A stretch of DNA of 64,000 nt from an uncultured Atopobiaceae bacterium (GTDB taxonomy: Bacteria; Actinomycetota; Coriobacteriia; Coriobacteriales; Atopobiaceae): NCBI GenBank assembly GCA_944320975.1, contig CALUJM010000009.1, positions 18,484 through 82,483 of the forward strand, given 5' to 3'. Every line of letters begins with the position of its first letter. Position 1 is the first letter of the stretch. The position numbers and the translations under genes were made by a program. The notes beneath the pieces were generated by a model that saw nothing but the letters and a program-made list of their open reading frames with translations, made no database searches and was not told the origin of the DNA. This document shows positions 52,207 to 61,179 of the stretch, piece by piece.

Positions 52207-53412
52207 ATGTTTGAGAACGTTTCTAGGCGCAACTTCCTGCAGGTCTCCGCGGCGGGCGTGGCTCTGCTCGGCCTTGCGGGCTGCAACGGCAGCAACTACT
52301 CCGCCGGCGGCAGCGAGGGCGGCTCCGGCTCCATCAAGGTCGGTATCATGGGCCCGCACACCGGCGACAACTCGTCCTACGGCCTGGCCTGCCTGAACGG
52401 CGCCCAGCTCTACTTCAAGCAGCTCAACGAGGACGGCGGCGTCAACGGCAAGCAGATCGAGCCGGTCGTCTATGACGAGAAGGGCGACGCCACCGAGGCC
52501 GTCAACGCCTACAACCGCCTCGTCCAGGAGGACGGCGTTACCGGCATCGTCGGCGACGTCACCACCGGCCCGACCATCGCCGTGGCCCAGGCCTCCGTTG
52601 CCGACAACATGCCCTGCGTGACCCCCTCCGCCACCGCGGCAGACGTCGTCACCTACGGCTCCAACTACTTCCGCGCCTGCGTGACCGACCCGGAGCAGGG
52701 CCGCGTCATGGCGAACTTCGCCTCCGAGCAGGGCTACAAGAACGTGGCCACGCTCTACCTCTCCGGCTCCGACTACTCCGAGGGCGTCAACGCCGCCTTC
52801 TGCGAGGAGGCCGAGGCCCTGGGCATCACGATCACCTCTCAGCAGTCCTACGCCGAGGGCGACGTCGACTTCAAGGCCCAGCTCACCAACATCATCGCCA
52901 CCAACCCCGACGCCATCCTCGTCCCCAACTACTACCAGGACGACGGCATGATCGTGAACCAGGCGCGCACCCAGGGCTATGACAAGGTCTTCCTCGGCGT
53001 CGACGGCTGGTCCGGCATCTACGGCGGCTCCGAGAACTACGCCGAGGCGGCCAACCTCCACGACTGCTACTACTGCTGCGCCTTCAGCTCCTCCAACGAG
53101 TCCGAGACCGCGACCGCGTTCGTCGAGGCCTACGAGGCCGAGTACGGCGAGGCGCCGACGAACTTCTGCGCCCTGGGCTACGATGCCGCCATGGTGCTCG
53201 CGAACGGCCTTGCCGCCGCTGAGGAGGCCGGCCTCGAGCCCGGCTCCGAGGATTACAAGCAGGCCGTGATCGACGGCATCGCCTCCGGCACCGTCGAGGG
53301 CGTCACGGGCTCCATCTCCTACGAGGGCACCGGCGACCCGATCAAGTCCTCGCTCATCATCACCTTCGCCGAGGATGGTACCGAGGAGACCTTCGAGGTC
53401 CTCGAGGCCTAG
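52207..53412 (+). CDS. Branched-chain amino-acid ABC transporter substrate-binding lipoprotein (LivJ/K-like)
   Basis: Lipobox (LLGLAGCNG) and a periplasmic-binding type I fold (IKVGIMGPHTGDNSSYG...). Followed by livHMGF-like genes. Confidence 0.85.
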   Translation: MFENVSRRNFLQVSAAGVALLGLAGCNGSNYSAGGSEGGSGSIKVGIMGPHTGDNSSYGLACLNGAQLYFKQLNEDGGVNGKQIEPVVYDEKGDATEAVNAYNRLVQEDGVTGIVGDVTTGPTIAVAQASVADNMPCVTPSATAADVVTYGSNYFRACVTDPEQGRVMANFASEQGYKNVATLYLSGSDYSEGVNAAFCEEAEALGITITSQQSYAEGDVDFKAQLTNIIATNPDAILVPNYYQDDGMIVNQARTQGYDKVFLGVDGWSGIYGGSENYAEAANLHDCYYCCAFSSSNESETATAFVEAYEAEYGEAPTNFCALGYDAAMVLANGLAAAEEAGLEPGSEDYKQAVIDGIASGTVEGVTGSISYEGTGDPIKSSLIITFAEDGTEETFEVLEA

Positions 53413-53438
53413 TCGCGCGTTCTTCTCGCCTCGACTTC

Positions 53439-53470
53439 GGGGCATCGGGTGCGCCCGATGCCCCTCTTTG
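53439..53470 (+). terminator. Intra-operon hairpin/terminator between the binding-protein gene and livH
   Basis: The stem GGGGCATCGGG (53439-49) / CCCGATGCCCC (53454-64) has loop TGCG and is followed by TCTTTG. Confidence 0.6.
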
Positions 53471-53512
53471 CTAGGGCGCGGTTTCCGCGCGATCCCTGAG
53501 AGGAGTTCTCCC

Positions 53513-54385
53513 TTGTTCTTCACGCAGGTGCTCAACGGCCTGCAGCTCGGCAGCATCTACGCGCTCGTGGCCCTGGGCTACACGATGGTGTACGGCATCA
53601 TCTTGCTGCTCAACTTCGCCCACGGCGACATCATCATGGTGGGCGCGTACGTGTCGTGGCTGGTCATGGCCCAGCTGGGGCTTCACCCCGTGCTCGCGAT
53701 CATCCTATCGGTCGCGGCGTGCACGCTCATGGGCGTGCTCATCGACAAGGTGGCCTACGCGCCGCTGAGAAACGCGCCGAGGCTCTCGATCCTCATCACG
53801 GCCATCGGCGTCTCGTACTTCCTCGAGAACGGCGCGCAGCTCGTCTTTGGCGCCGACGCCAAGGTGGTCCCCGCCTACACGGACATCCAGACCATCCAGC
53901 TCGGCGGCCTGGCGCTGTCGTTCCCCTCGGTGCTCACCGTCCTGGTGACCATCGTGGCGACGGTCGCCCTCACGATCGTGGTCCAGAAGACAAAGCTCGG
54001 CAAGGCCATGCGCGCCGTGTCCGAGGACATGGGCGCCGCCCGCCTCATGGGCATCAACGTCAACACCACGATCTCGTTCACCTTCGCCGTCGGCTCGGCG
54101 CTCGCCGGAATCGGCGCGGTGCTCTACGCCATGGCCTACACCCAGGCCAACCCGACCATGGGCATGATGCTCGGCACCAAGGCCTTCGTCGCGGCGGTCC
54201 TGGGCGGCATCGGCTCGATCCCGGGCGCCGTCGTGGGCGGCCTGCTCGTAGGCTTCGCCGAGGTCATCGTCACGGCGCTCAACCTCTCCGTGTGGAAGGA
54301 CGCCGTGGTCTTCCTCCTGCTCATCATCGTCCTCGTGGTGCGGCCCACCGGCATCTTCGGCCGCACGATGAACGAGAAGGTCTAG
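53513..54385 (+). CDS. livH: Branched-chain amino-acid ABC transporter permease (LivH-like)
   Basis: TTG 53513 follows GAGAGGAG. The N-terminus FTQVLNGLQLGSIYALVALGYTMVYG is canonical LivH. Confidence 0.85.
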   Translation: MFFTQVLNGLQLGSIYALVALGYTMVYGIILLLNFAHGDIIMVGAYVSWLVMAQLGLHPVLAIILSVAACTLMGVLIDKVAYAPLRNAPRLSILITAIGVSYFLENGAQLVFGADAKVVPAYTDIQTIQLGGLALSFPSVLTVLVTIVATVALTIVVQKTKLGKAMRAVSEDMGAARLMGINVNTTISFTFAVGSALAGIGAVLYAMAYTQANPTMGMMLGTKAFVAAVLGGIGSIPGAVVGGLLVGFAEVIVTALNLSVWKDAVVFLLLIIVLVVRPTGIFGRTMNEKV

Positions 54386-54396
54386 GGGGTGCGAAC

Positions 54397-55554
54397 ATGG
54401 AAGAAGAGGTCATGACCGAGAAGCGCCCCATCATCTCCGCCGGCGGCGGCCCGCGCCTCGAGGGAGCCGCGCGCAAGACGCTCCCGATGCCCGTGCGCTA
54501 CGCCATCAACGCCGTGGTCGTTCTCGTCCTTCTCGTCCTGGGCGAGCTCATGATCGACGGCGGCGTGGTCAACCGCTACCAGTCCACGGTGCTCGAGCAG
54601 GTGGGCATCTACATCATCCTGGCAGTCTCGCTCAACATCGCCACGGGCTACCTGGGCCAGCTGCCGCTCGGCCACGCCGGCTTCATGTCGATGGGCGCGT
54701 ACGGCTGCTCGATCTTCATCATCCGCATGAGCGAGGCCCTCGGCGTCGGCGCGCGCGACTTCGTGACCGGCACGCCGCTCGCCCTTGCGCTCGTGCTCGG
54801 CGGCCTGGTCGTCGGCGGCATCTGCGCCTCTATCGCCGGCATCATCATCGGCATTCCGGCACTGCGCCTCAAGGGCGACTACCTCGCCATCATCACGCTC
54901 GCCTTCGCCGAGATCATCCGCGTCGTCATGCTCAACATCGACGACGTGGTGGGCTTCGACCTCACCGGCGGCGCCGCGGGCCTCACCGGCATCCCCGGCT
55001 ACTCGAGCTTCCTGCTGGTCTTTGGCTGCGTCGCGGTGGTGTGCTTCCTCACCCACACGATGATGAAGTCCCGTCACGGCCGCGCCATCCTCGCCATCCG
55101 CGACAACGAGATCGCGGCCGAGGCCACCGGCGTCAACACCACCTACTACAAGACGCTCGCCTTCGTGGTCTCCGCGTTCTTCGCGGGCGTCGCAGGCGGC
55201 CTCTATGCCGGGTGCGTCGGCGTTCTCCAGCCTGCCGTCTTCGGCTTCATGAAGTCCATCGAGATCCTCGTCATGGTGGTTCTCGGCGGCATGGGATCGA
55301 TGCTCGGCTCGGCGCTCTCCGCCACCGTCCTCACGATCCTGCCCGAGGCGCTGCGCGCGTTCTCCGAGTACCGCATGATCGCCTACGCCATCGTCCTCAT
55401 CCTTGTTATGATCTTCCGTCCCCAGGGTCTTCTCGGCTCCTATGACTTCTCGCTCTCCCGCATCATCGAGCGCGTCATGAACCGCGACTTCCCGTGGGCG
55501 CGCCGCGCCGAGAAGGGCGACGAGGCCGCAAAGGAGGTGGGCGCCGATGCCTAG
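54397..55554 (+). CDS. livM: Branched-chain amino-acid ABC transporter permease (LivM-like)
   Basis: ATG 54397. The core LNIATGYLGQLPLGHAGFMSMGAY is typical of LivM. Confidence 0.85.
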   Translation: MEEEVMTEKRPIISAGGGPRLEGAARKTLPMPVRYAINAVVVLVLLVLGELMIDGGVVNRYQSTVLEQVGIYIILAVSLNIATGYLGQLPLGHAGFMSMGAYGCSIFIIRMSEALGVGARDFVTGTPLALALVLGGLVVGGICASIAGIIIGIPALRLKGDYLAIITLAFAEIIRVVMLNIDDVVGFDLTGGAAGLTGIPGYSSFLLVFGCVAVVCFLTHTMMKSRHGRAILAIRDNEIAAEATGVNTTYYKTLAFVVSAFFAGVAGGLYAGCVGVLQPAVFGFMKSIEILVMVVLGGMGSMLGSALSATVLTILPEALRAFSEYRMIAYAIVLILVMIFRPQGLLGSYDFSLSRIIERVMNRDFPWARRAEKGDEAAKEVGADA

Positions 55555-56407
55555 CGAGAAGAGCGCCAAGAAGCGCCGTCCCGTCCTCGTCCAGGTCGAG
55601 ACCCCCAACCTCATCCCCGAGCGCGACCTCGGCACCATCCCGGTGCTGCAGGCCGAGCACCTGGGCATCGACTTCGGCGGACTCACCGCCGTGGACGACT
55701 TCAACATCGCGATGGGCCGCACGGAGATCTCCGGCCTGATCGGCCCCAACGGCGCCGGCAAGACCACGATCTTCAACCTGTTGACCAACGTGTACCGCCC
55801 CACGCGCGGCACCGTGCTCATCGACGGCTACGACACGGCCGGCAAGTCCGTCGCCGAGGTCAACCGCATGGGCATCGCCCGCACGTTCCAGAACATCCGC
55901 CTCTTCTCCAAGATGACGGTCGAGGAGAACGTGCTCGTGGGCTTCGGCAACACCATGAAGACGCACCTGATCAGCGACATGCTGCGCCTCCCCGGCCACT
56001 GGAAGCAGGAGGCCGAGTTCCACGACCGCGCGCTCGAGCTTCTCGACATCTTCGACATGCGCAAGTTCGCGGACACGCAGGCGGGCAACCTCCCGTACGG
56101 CGCCCAGCGCCGCCTCGAGATCCTGCGCGCGCTGGCCACCGGCCCCAAGGTGCTGCTGCTCGACGAGCCCGCCGCCGGCATGAACCCGGCCGAGACCGAG
56201 GAGCTGATGGAGAACATCCAGAAGATCCGCGACGAGCTCCAGATCGCCATCCTGCTCATCGAGCACGACATGTCGCTCGTCATGGGCGTCTGCGAGGTCG
56301 TCGGCGTGCTCGACTACGGCAAGATCATCGCCAAGGGAACCCCCGAGCAGATCCAGAACGACCCGCGCGTCATCGAGGCCTATCTCGGCAAGCAGGAGGT
56401 GAAGTAG
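55547..56407 (+). CDS. livG: Branched-chain amino-acid ABC transporter ATP-binding protein (LivG-like)
   Basis: Walker A GPNGAGKTT, signature LPYGAQRRLEI, Walker B LLLDEPAAG, and a C-terminal BCA_ABC_TP_C-like tail. Confidence 0.9.
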   Translation: MPSEKSAKKRRPVLVQVETPNLIPERDLGTIPVLQAEHLGIDFGGLTAVDDFNIAMGRTEISGLIGPNGAGKTTIFNLLTNVYRPTRGTVLIDGYDTAGKSVAEVNRMGIARTFQNIRLFSKMTVEENVLVGFGNTMKTHLISDMLRLPGHWKQEAEFHDRALELLDIFDMRKFADTQAGNLPYGAQRRLEILRALATGPKVLLLDEPAAGMNPAETEELMENIQKIRDELQIAILLIEHDMSLVMGVCEVVGVLDYGKIIAKGTPEQIQNDPRVIEAYLGKQEVK

Positions 56408-56408
56408 C

Positions 56409-57116
56409 ATGGCACTTCTCTCCGTCAAGGACCTGCACGTCTCCTATGGCGCCATCAAGGCGGTCCGCGGCATCTCGTTTGACATCAACGAGGGCGAGAT
56501 CGTCACGCTGATCGGCGCCAACGGCGCCGGCAAGTCCACGACGCTCAACACCGTGGCGGGGCTGATCAAGCCCGAGAGCGGCTCGATCGAGCTCGAGGGG
56601 CAGTCCATCGTCGGGCTGCACGCCCACAAGGTCGTCCAGCGCGGGCTCGCCCTGTGCCCCGAGGGAAGGCGCGTGTTCACGCAGATGAGCGTCGCCGAGA
56701 ACCTCGAGATGGGCGGCTACACCCGCTCCGACGCCGAGAACAAGGAGACGCTCGAGAAGGTCTACGCGCACTTCCCGCGCCTCAAGGAGCGCCGCGGCCA
56801 GGTTGCCGGCACGCTCTCCGGCGGCGAGCAGCAGATGCTCGCTATGGGGCGCGCACTCATGAGCAAGCCGCGCCTGCTCATGCTCGACGAGCCGTCGATG
56901 GGCCTCGCGCCGATCCTGGTGCAGGAGATCTTCGACATCGTCAAGCAGCTCAACGCCGCGGGCACCACGATTCTTCTCGTGGAGCAGAACGCCAACATGG
57001 CGCTTTCCGTTGCCGATCGCGCCTACGTGCTGGAGATCGGCACCATCAAGAAGACCGGCACCGGCGCCGAGCTTCTCGTGGACGACGACGTCCGCAAGGC
57101 CTACCTCGGCGGGTAG
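56409..57116 (+). CDS. livF: Branched-chain amino-acid ABC transporter ATP-binding protein (LivF-like)
   Basis: Walker A GANGAGKST, signature LSGGEQQML, Walker B LLMLDEPS. Confidence 0.9.
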   Translation: MALLSVKDLHVSYGAIKAVRGISFDINEGEIVTLIGANGAGKSTTLNTVAGLIKPESGSIELEGQSIVGLHAHKVVQRGLALCPEGRRVFTQMSVAENLEMGGYTRSDAENKETLEKVYAHFPRLKERRGQVAGTLSGGEQQMLAMGRALMSKPRLLMLDEPSMGLAPILVQEIFDIVKQLNAAGTTILLVEQNANMALSVADRAYVLEIGTIKKTGTGAELLVDDDVRKAYLGG

Positions 57117-57227
57117 GGGAGCGCTCCGCGGGGCGCCATCACATCGTGTACCTGGGCGGCGGCATGCCGTCGCCCTCGTCTCAGGCGGCGGGCCACCCTC
57201 CCGGGCCCGCCGCCTCTCTTGTCTCGA

Positions 57228-57410
57228 TTTGAGGTGCGGGAGATGGACGTTTTCAAGGCGCAGGCCGTCCATCTCCCGCACCTTAACGGTTGGGGTGCGG
57301 GAGATGGACGGCCTGGGAGGGAAAAGTGTCGCGCAGCCGCACCTTTCCCCTTGAGGTGCGGAAACTGGACGATTTGATGGGGAAAAACGTCGCGCGGCCG
57401 CACCTCAACG
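57228..57410 (+). repeat. Family F array F2: three tandem ~61-nt hairpin units
   Basis: The units begin (G)AGGTGCGG and end CCGCACCT(C/T)AACGG. Unit 1 has a perfect 17-bp stem GGTGCGGGAGATGGACG / CGTCCATCTCCCGCACC. Confidence 0.9.
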
Positions 57411-57426
57411 GGCGAGAAGAACCTTG

Positions 57427-58308
57427 CTAGTGCACCTCTACGGTGGTGCCCAGGGTGTTGGCGGGCAGGGCCTGCAGCCAGAAGCCGGGGCGCGCGGCCC
57501 TCAGCGCGCCGGCCACACGCGCGGCAGCCTCGTCCCCGTCGGCGACGGCGAGCATCGTGGACCCCGAGCCCGAGATCATGTACGCGCACGCACCCGCCGC
57601 GAAGGCGGCCTCGCGCAGCGCGTCGTAGTCGGGGATGAGCTTCGCGCGGTAGGGCTCATGGAGCCTGTCGTGGCAGGCCGCACCGAGCAGCCCGGCGTCG
57701 CCGAGCTCGAGCGCGCGCACCACGGCGACGCAGCGGCCCATCTGCCACACGGCCGTCTCGCGCGACACCTCGGTCGGCAGCACCCGGCGCGCCTCGGCGG
57801 TCCTCACCTCGTAGGGGGGCGCCACGGCAACAAAGCGCAGGTTGTCGGCGACGTCCATGCGCGTCGACGTGGTCTGGCCACCCTCGTCGACAAACGAGCT
57901 CACCAGGCCGCCGAGAAGCGCGGGGGCGACGTTGTCGGGATGCCCCTCGATGGCCACGGCGAGCTCGAGGGCCCGGGCGCGGTCGAAGCCGTCCGGCGAG
58001 AGCGCCATGGCGGCACCGATCCCGGCGATGACGCACGCCGAGCTCGAGCCCAGGCCGCCCGAGAGCGGGATGGGGGAGAGAATTGTGATGTGGAGCGGCT
58101 GCGCCTGCGTGCCGAGGCGCGCGCACGCGTCGAGGTAGCTCTGCCACACGAGGTTGTCCTCGCCGCGGAAGCGCTGCTCGCACCCCTCGATCTCAAGGCG
58201 ATCGGAGGGCGTCATGAGGAAGGTCGCCGTGAGGTCGAGCGCGATGCCCAGACAGTCAAAGCCCACGCCCACGTTGGCGCTCGTCGCCGGCACGCGGACG
58301 ATGACCAT
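57427..58308 (-). CDS. thrB: Homoserine kinase
   Basis: MVIVRVPATSANVGVGFDCLG... and the GHMP motif (PLSGGLGSSSA). The track ORF extends upstream spuriously to 58710. Confidence 0.9.
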   Translation of the reverse strand: MVIVRVPATSANVGVGFDCLGIALDLTATFLMTPSDRLEIEGCEQRFRGEDNLVWQSYLDACARLGTQAQPLHITILSPIPLSGGLGSSSACVIAGIGAAMALSPDGFDRARALELAVAIEGHPDNVAPALLGGLVSSFVDEGGQTTSTRMDVADNLRFVAVAPPYEVRTAEARRVLPTEVSRETAVWQMGRCVAVVRALELGDAGLLGAACHDRLHEPYRAKLIPDYDALREAAFAAGACAYMISGSGSTMLAVADGDEAAARVAGALRAARPGFWLQALPANTLGTTVEVH

Positions 58309-58334
58309 GGGCCGCTCGCGGCCGTCGGCCCCTA

Positions 58335-59819
58335 TCACAGGAACACCCGCGCGCAGGCGGACTCCACGAAGGCGCCCATGCGCTCGCGGTCGCAGACGTC
58401 GTCGTGAAGCACGTCGCCTGCGCGCAGGCCGGAGAGCTGCGGCGGCGCCACGGTGGAGGTGCGCTGCTCGAGGGCGTCCATGCACGCGAAGTCGTTCATG
58501 CCGTCCGCGGCGACGCCGAGGGCGCCGAGCACGTCGGAGCAGAACTTGTAGGGGCTCGCGGTGGAGAGGCACACGCGCTCGGTGCCGTCCGACGGCACCT
58601 CGTCGAGGACGTGCTTGGCGACCGCGGTGTGCGGGTCGATAAGGACGTCGAGCTCGCGCCAGGTGTCGAGGATGGTCCGGCGCGTGTCCTCGTCGGTGGC
58701 GCTGCCGCACGAGAAGAGCGAGCGGATTTCGTCCATCACGCGGTCGGGCACGGTGTAGACGCCCTTCTCGGCAAGCTCCGCCATGAGGGACGAGACGAGC
58801 TCGCAGTCGCCGTCGGAGGCGAAATAGAGCAGGCGCTCAAGGTTGGAGGACACGAGGATGTCCATCGAGGGCGAGATGGTCTTGTGGAAGTCGCGGCGGC
58901 GGTCGTAGGTGCCGGTGGTGAGGAAGTCCGTGAGGACGTCGTTGGCGTTTGAGGCCACGACGAGGCGGCGGACGGGCAGGCCGAGCCTCTTGGCGTAATA
59001 GCCCGCGAGCACGTCGCCGAAGTTGCCGGTGGGCACGCAGAAGGTGACCTCGTCGCCCATCTTGATGGCGTCGCGGCGCACGAGCTGGGCATAGGAGTCA
59101 AAGTAGTAGGTGACCTGCGGGGCGAGGCGGCCGACGTTGATGGAGTTCGCGCTCGAGAGGACAACGTCGCGCGCGGCGAGGCGCTCTGCGAGGGCGCGGT
59201 CGGCGAAGATGCGCTTGACCTCGCCCTGGCAGTCGTCGAAGGTGCCGCGCACGGCGCACACAGCGACGTTGCCGCCGAGCTGCGTCACCATCTGGAGCCG
59301 CTGGATGTCGGACACCTTGCCGTGCGGGTAGAAGACCGTGACGCCGGTGCCCTCCACGCCCGCGAAGCCGTCGAGGGCGGCCTTGCCGGTGTCGCCGGAG
59401 GTGGCCGTGACGATCATGATCTTGCGGCCGTCACCGGCTCGTGCGACGCTCATGAGCTGCGGTAGCATCTGCAGGGCGACGTCCTTGAAGGCGCAGGTGG
59501 GCCCGTGGTAGAGCTCGAGCAGCCAGTCTGTGCCGAGCGGGGTCACGGGGCAGACGGCCTCTGTGTCCCACTGAGCGCCGTAGGCGGCGCCGACGCAGGA
59601 GGCGAGCTCGTCGGCCGTGTAGTCGGGCAGGAGCGTGCCGAGGACGAGGCGCGCGGTGTCATGGAAGCCCTGTGCGCACACGGTCGCGAGGTCCAGGGTC
59701 TTCTCGCCGAGCCCGTCGCTCACGTAGAGGCCGCCGTCCGGTGCGATGCCGGTGAGAATTGCTTGCTTGCTTGTTACGGAATCATCCGCCGAGCGCGTGC
59801 TGTGGTAGAACGTGGTCAC
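58335..59819 (-). CDS. thrC: Threonine synthase
   Basis: GTG 59819 follows AAGGAG. The N-terminus TTFYHSTRS and the PLP-lysine region (HGPTCAFKDVALQ) are canonical long-form ThrC. Confidence 0.9.
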   Translation of the reverse strand: MTTFYHSTRSADDSVTSKQAILTGIAPDGGLYVSDGLGEKTLDLATVCAQGFHDTARLVLGTLLPDYTADELASCVGAAYGAQWDTEAVCPVTPLGTDWLLELYHGPTCAFKDVALQMLPQLMSVARAGDGRKIMIVTATSGDTGKAALDGFAGVEGTGVTVFYPHGKVSDIQRLQMVTQLGGNVAVCAVRGTFDDCQGEVKRIFADRALAERLAARDVVLSSANSINVGRLAPQVTYYFDSYAQLVRRDAIKMGDEVTFCVPTGNFGDVLAGYYAKRLGLPVRRLVVASNANDVLTDFLTTGTYDRRRDFHKTISPSMDILVSSNLERLLYFASDGDCELVSSLMAELAEKGVYTVPDRVMDEIRSLFSCGSATDEDTRRTILDTWRELDVLIDPHTAVAKHVLDEVPSDGTERVCLSTASPYKFCSDVLGALGVAADGMNDFACMDALEQRTSTVAPPQLSGLRAGDVLHDDVCDRERMGAFVESACARVFL

Positions 59820-59929
59820 GGTTGCTCCTTGCGTCCGGAACAAGGGCCTGGGCCCTCCTGACGCAAGTATCATAAGCCGAGGTCGCCTCCTCGCGGCCGC
59901 CTGACACATACTCGAAAGATTGGACGCAC

Positions 59930-61051
59930 ATGAAGATCGCCCTTCTCGGCTACGGCACGGTCGGCCGCGGCGTGGACGAGATCATCTCCTCGCGCGTGCC
60001 TCAGGTGGAGGTCGCCCGGATCCTCGAGCTGCCCGACCGCATCACGGACGCCCGCATGACCGCGAGCTTTGACGACATCGTGGCCGACCCCGAGGTCGAG
60101 CTCGTCGTCGAGTGCATGGGGGGCGTCGAGCCCGCGCGCACCTACATCATGTCCGCGCTGCAGGCCGGCAAGCACGTGGTCACCTCCAACAAGGCCGTCG
60201 TCGCCGCGCACTTCGCCGAGTTCGCGGCCGCGGCGCAGATGGCGGGCGTGGGCCTCTACATCGAGGCGTCGGTCGGCGGCGGCATCCCCTGGATCGCCGG
60301 CATCGAGAAGGCGCGCCGCGTCGACGAGGTCACCTCGTTCATGGGCATCATGAACGGCACCACTAACTACATCGTCGACGCCATGCGCCGCGACGGCGCG
60401 GACTTCGGCGCCGTTCTCGCCCGCGCCCAGGAGCTCGGCTACGCGGAGCGCGACCCCTCGGCCGACGTCGACGGCATCGACGTCCTCAACAAGACCATTA
60501 TCACGGCCTCCGTGGCCTTTGACGTCGCGTGCGAGAAGAACCTCCCCGCGTCGGGCATCCGCAACCTGCGCCTCGCAGACCTCGAGCTCTTCTCCACGCG
60601 CGGCCGCACGGTGAAGCTCCTCGGCCGCGGCGTCTCGCGGGACGGCCGCTACGCCGCCGCCGTCGAGCCGGTTGCCGTGCCCGCGGAGTCGCTCGAGGCG
60701 AACGTCCCCTCCAACTTCAACCTCGTGACGCTCGACGCCACGACGGTGGGGGAGCTCAAGTTCTACGGACAGGGCGCGGGAAGCCTGCCCACCGGCAACG
60801 CCATCGTCCAGGACGTGCTCGACTGCGCCACGGGCGCCCGCCGGCCCGCCTACGACTTCTCGCGCGGCCTGGCGTACGACCCGTCGCTCCTGCGCTCCGA
60901 CTACGTCTACCGCACCTCCGCCGCCATCGGCGGGGAGCCGTACGCGCCGGGCGCCGTGCTGGTCTGCGACCTCACGTCCGAGGCCGCGCGCGCCCTTCTC
61001 GCCGAGGCGCTCGAGTCCGACCCGTCCACGTTCATGGCCGCCCTGAGCTAG
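59930..61051 (+). CDS. hom: Homoserine dehydrogenase
   Basis: The sequence MKIALLGYGTVGRGV...VTSNKAVVA...GIMNGTTNYI...ERDPSADVDGIDV is canonical. No C-terminal ACT domain is evident. Confidence 0.9.
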   Translation: MKIALLGYGTVGRGVDEIISSRVPQVEVARILELPDRITDARMTASFDDIVADPEVELVVECMGGVEPARTYIMSALQAGKHVVTSNKAVVAAHFAEFAAAAQMAGVGLYIEASVGGGIPWIAGIEKARRVDEVTSFMGIMNGTTNYIVDAMRRDGADFGAVLARAQELGYAERDPSADVDGIDVLNKTIITASVAFDVACEKNLPASGIRNLRLADLELFSTRGRTVKLLGRGVSRDGRYAAAVEPVAVPAESLEANVPSNFNLVTLDATTVGELKFYGQGAGSLPTGNAIVQDVLDCATGARRPAYDFSRGLAYDPSLLRSDYVYRTSAAIGGEPYAPGAVLVCDLTSEAARALLAEALESDPSTFMAALS

Positions 61052-61060
61052 CGTCGATCG

Positions 61061-61142
61061 CGCGTGACAATTAGGACAGGTTCCATTGTCACGCGCGGCG
61101 CGCAGCGCCCGTGACAATGGAACCTGTCCTAATTGTCACGCG
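61061..61142. repeat. Family A palindrome, copy A4: perfect 29-bp arms (32 with flanks)
   Basis: cgcGTGACAATTAGGACAGGTTCCATTGTCAC, an 18-nt GC loop, then GTGACAATGGAACCTGTCCTAATTGTCACgcg. It lies between hom and ask. Confidence 0.95.
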
Positions 61143-61179
61143 CGGAACCTCTCACCCCAGGAAGACAAGGATTTCTCGC

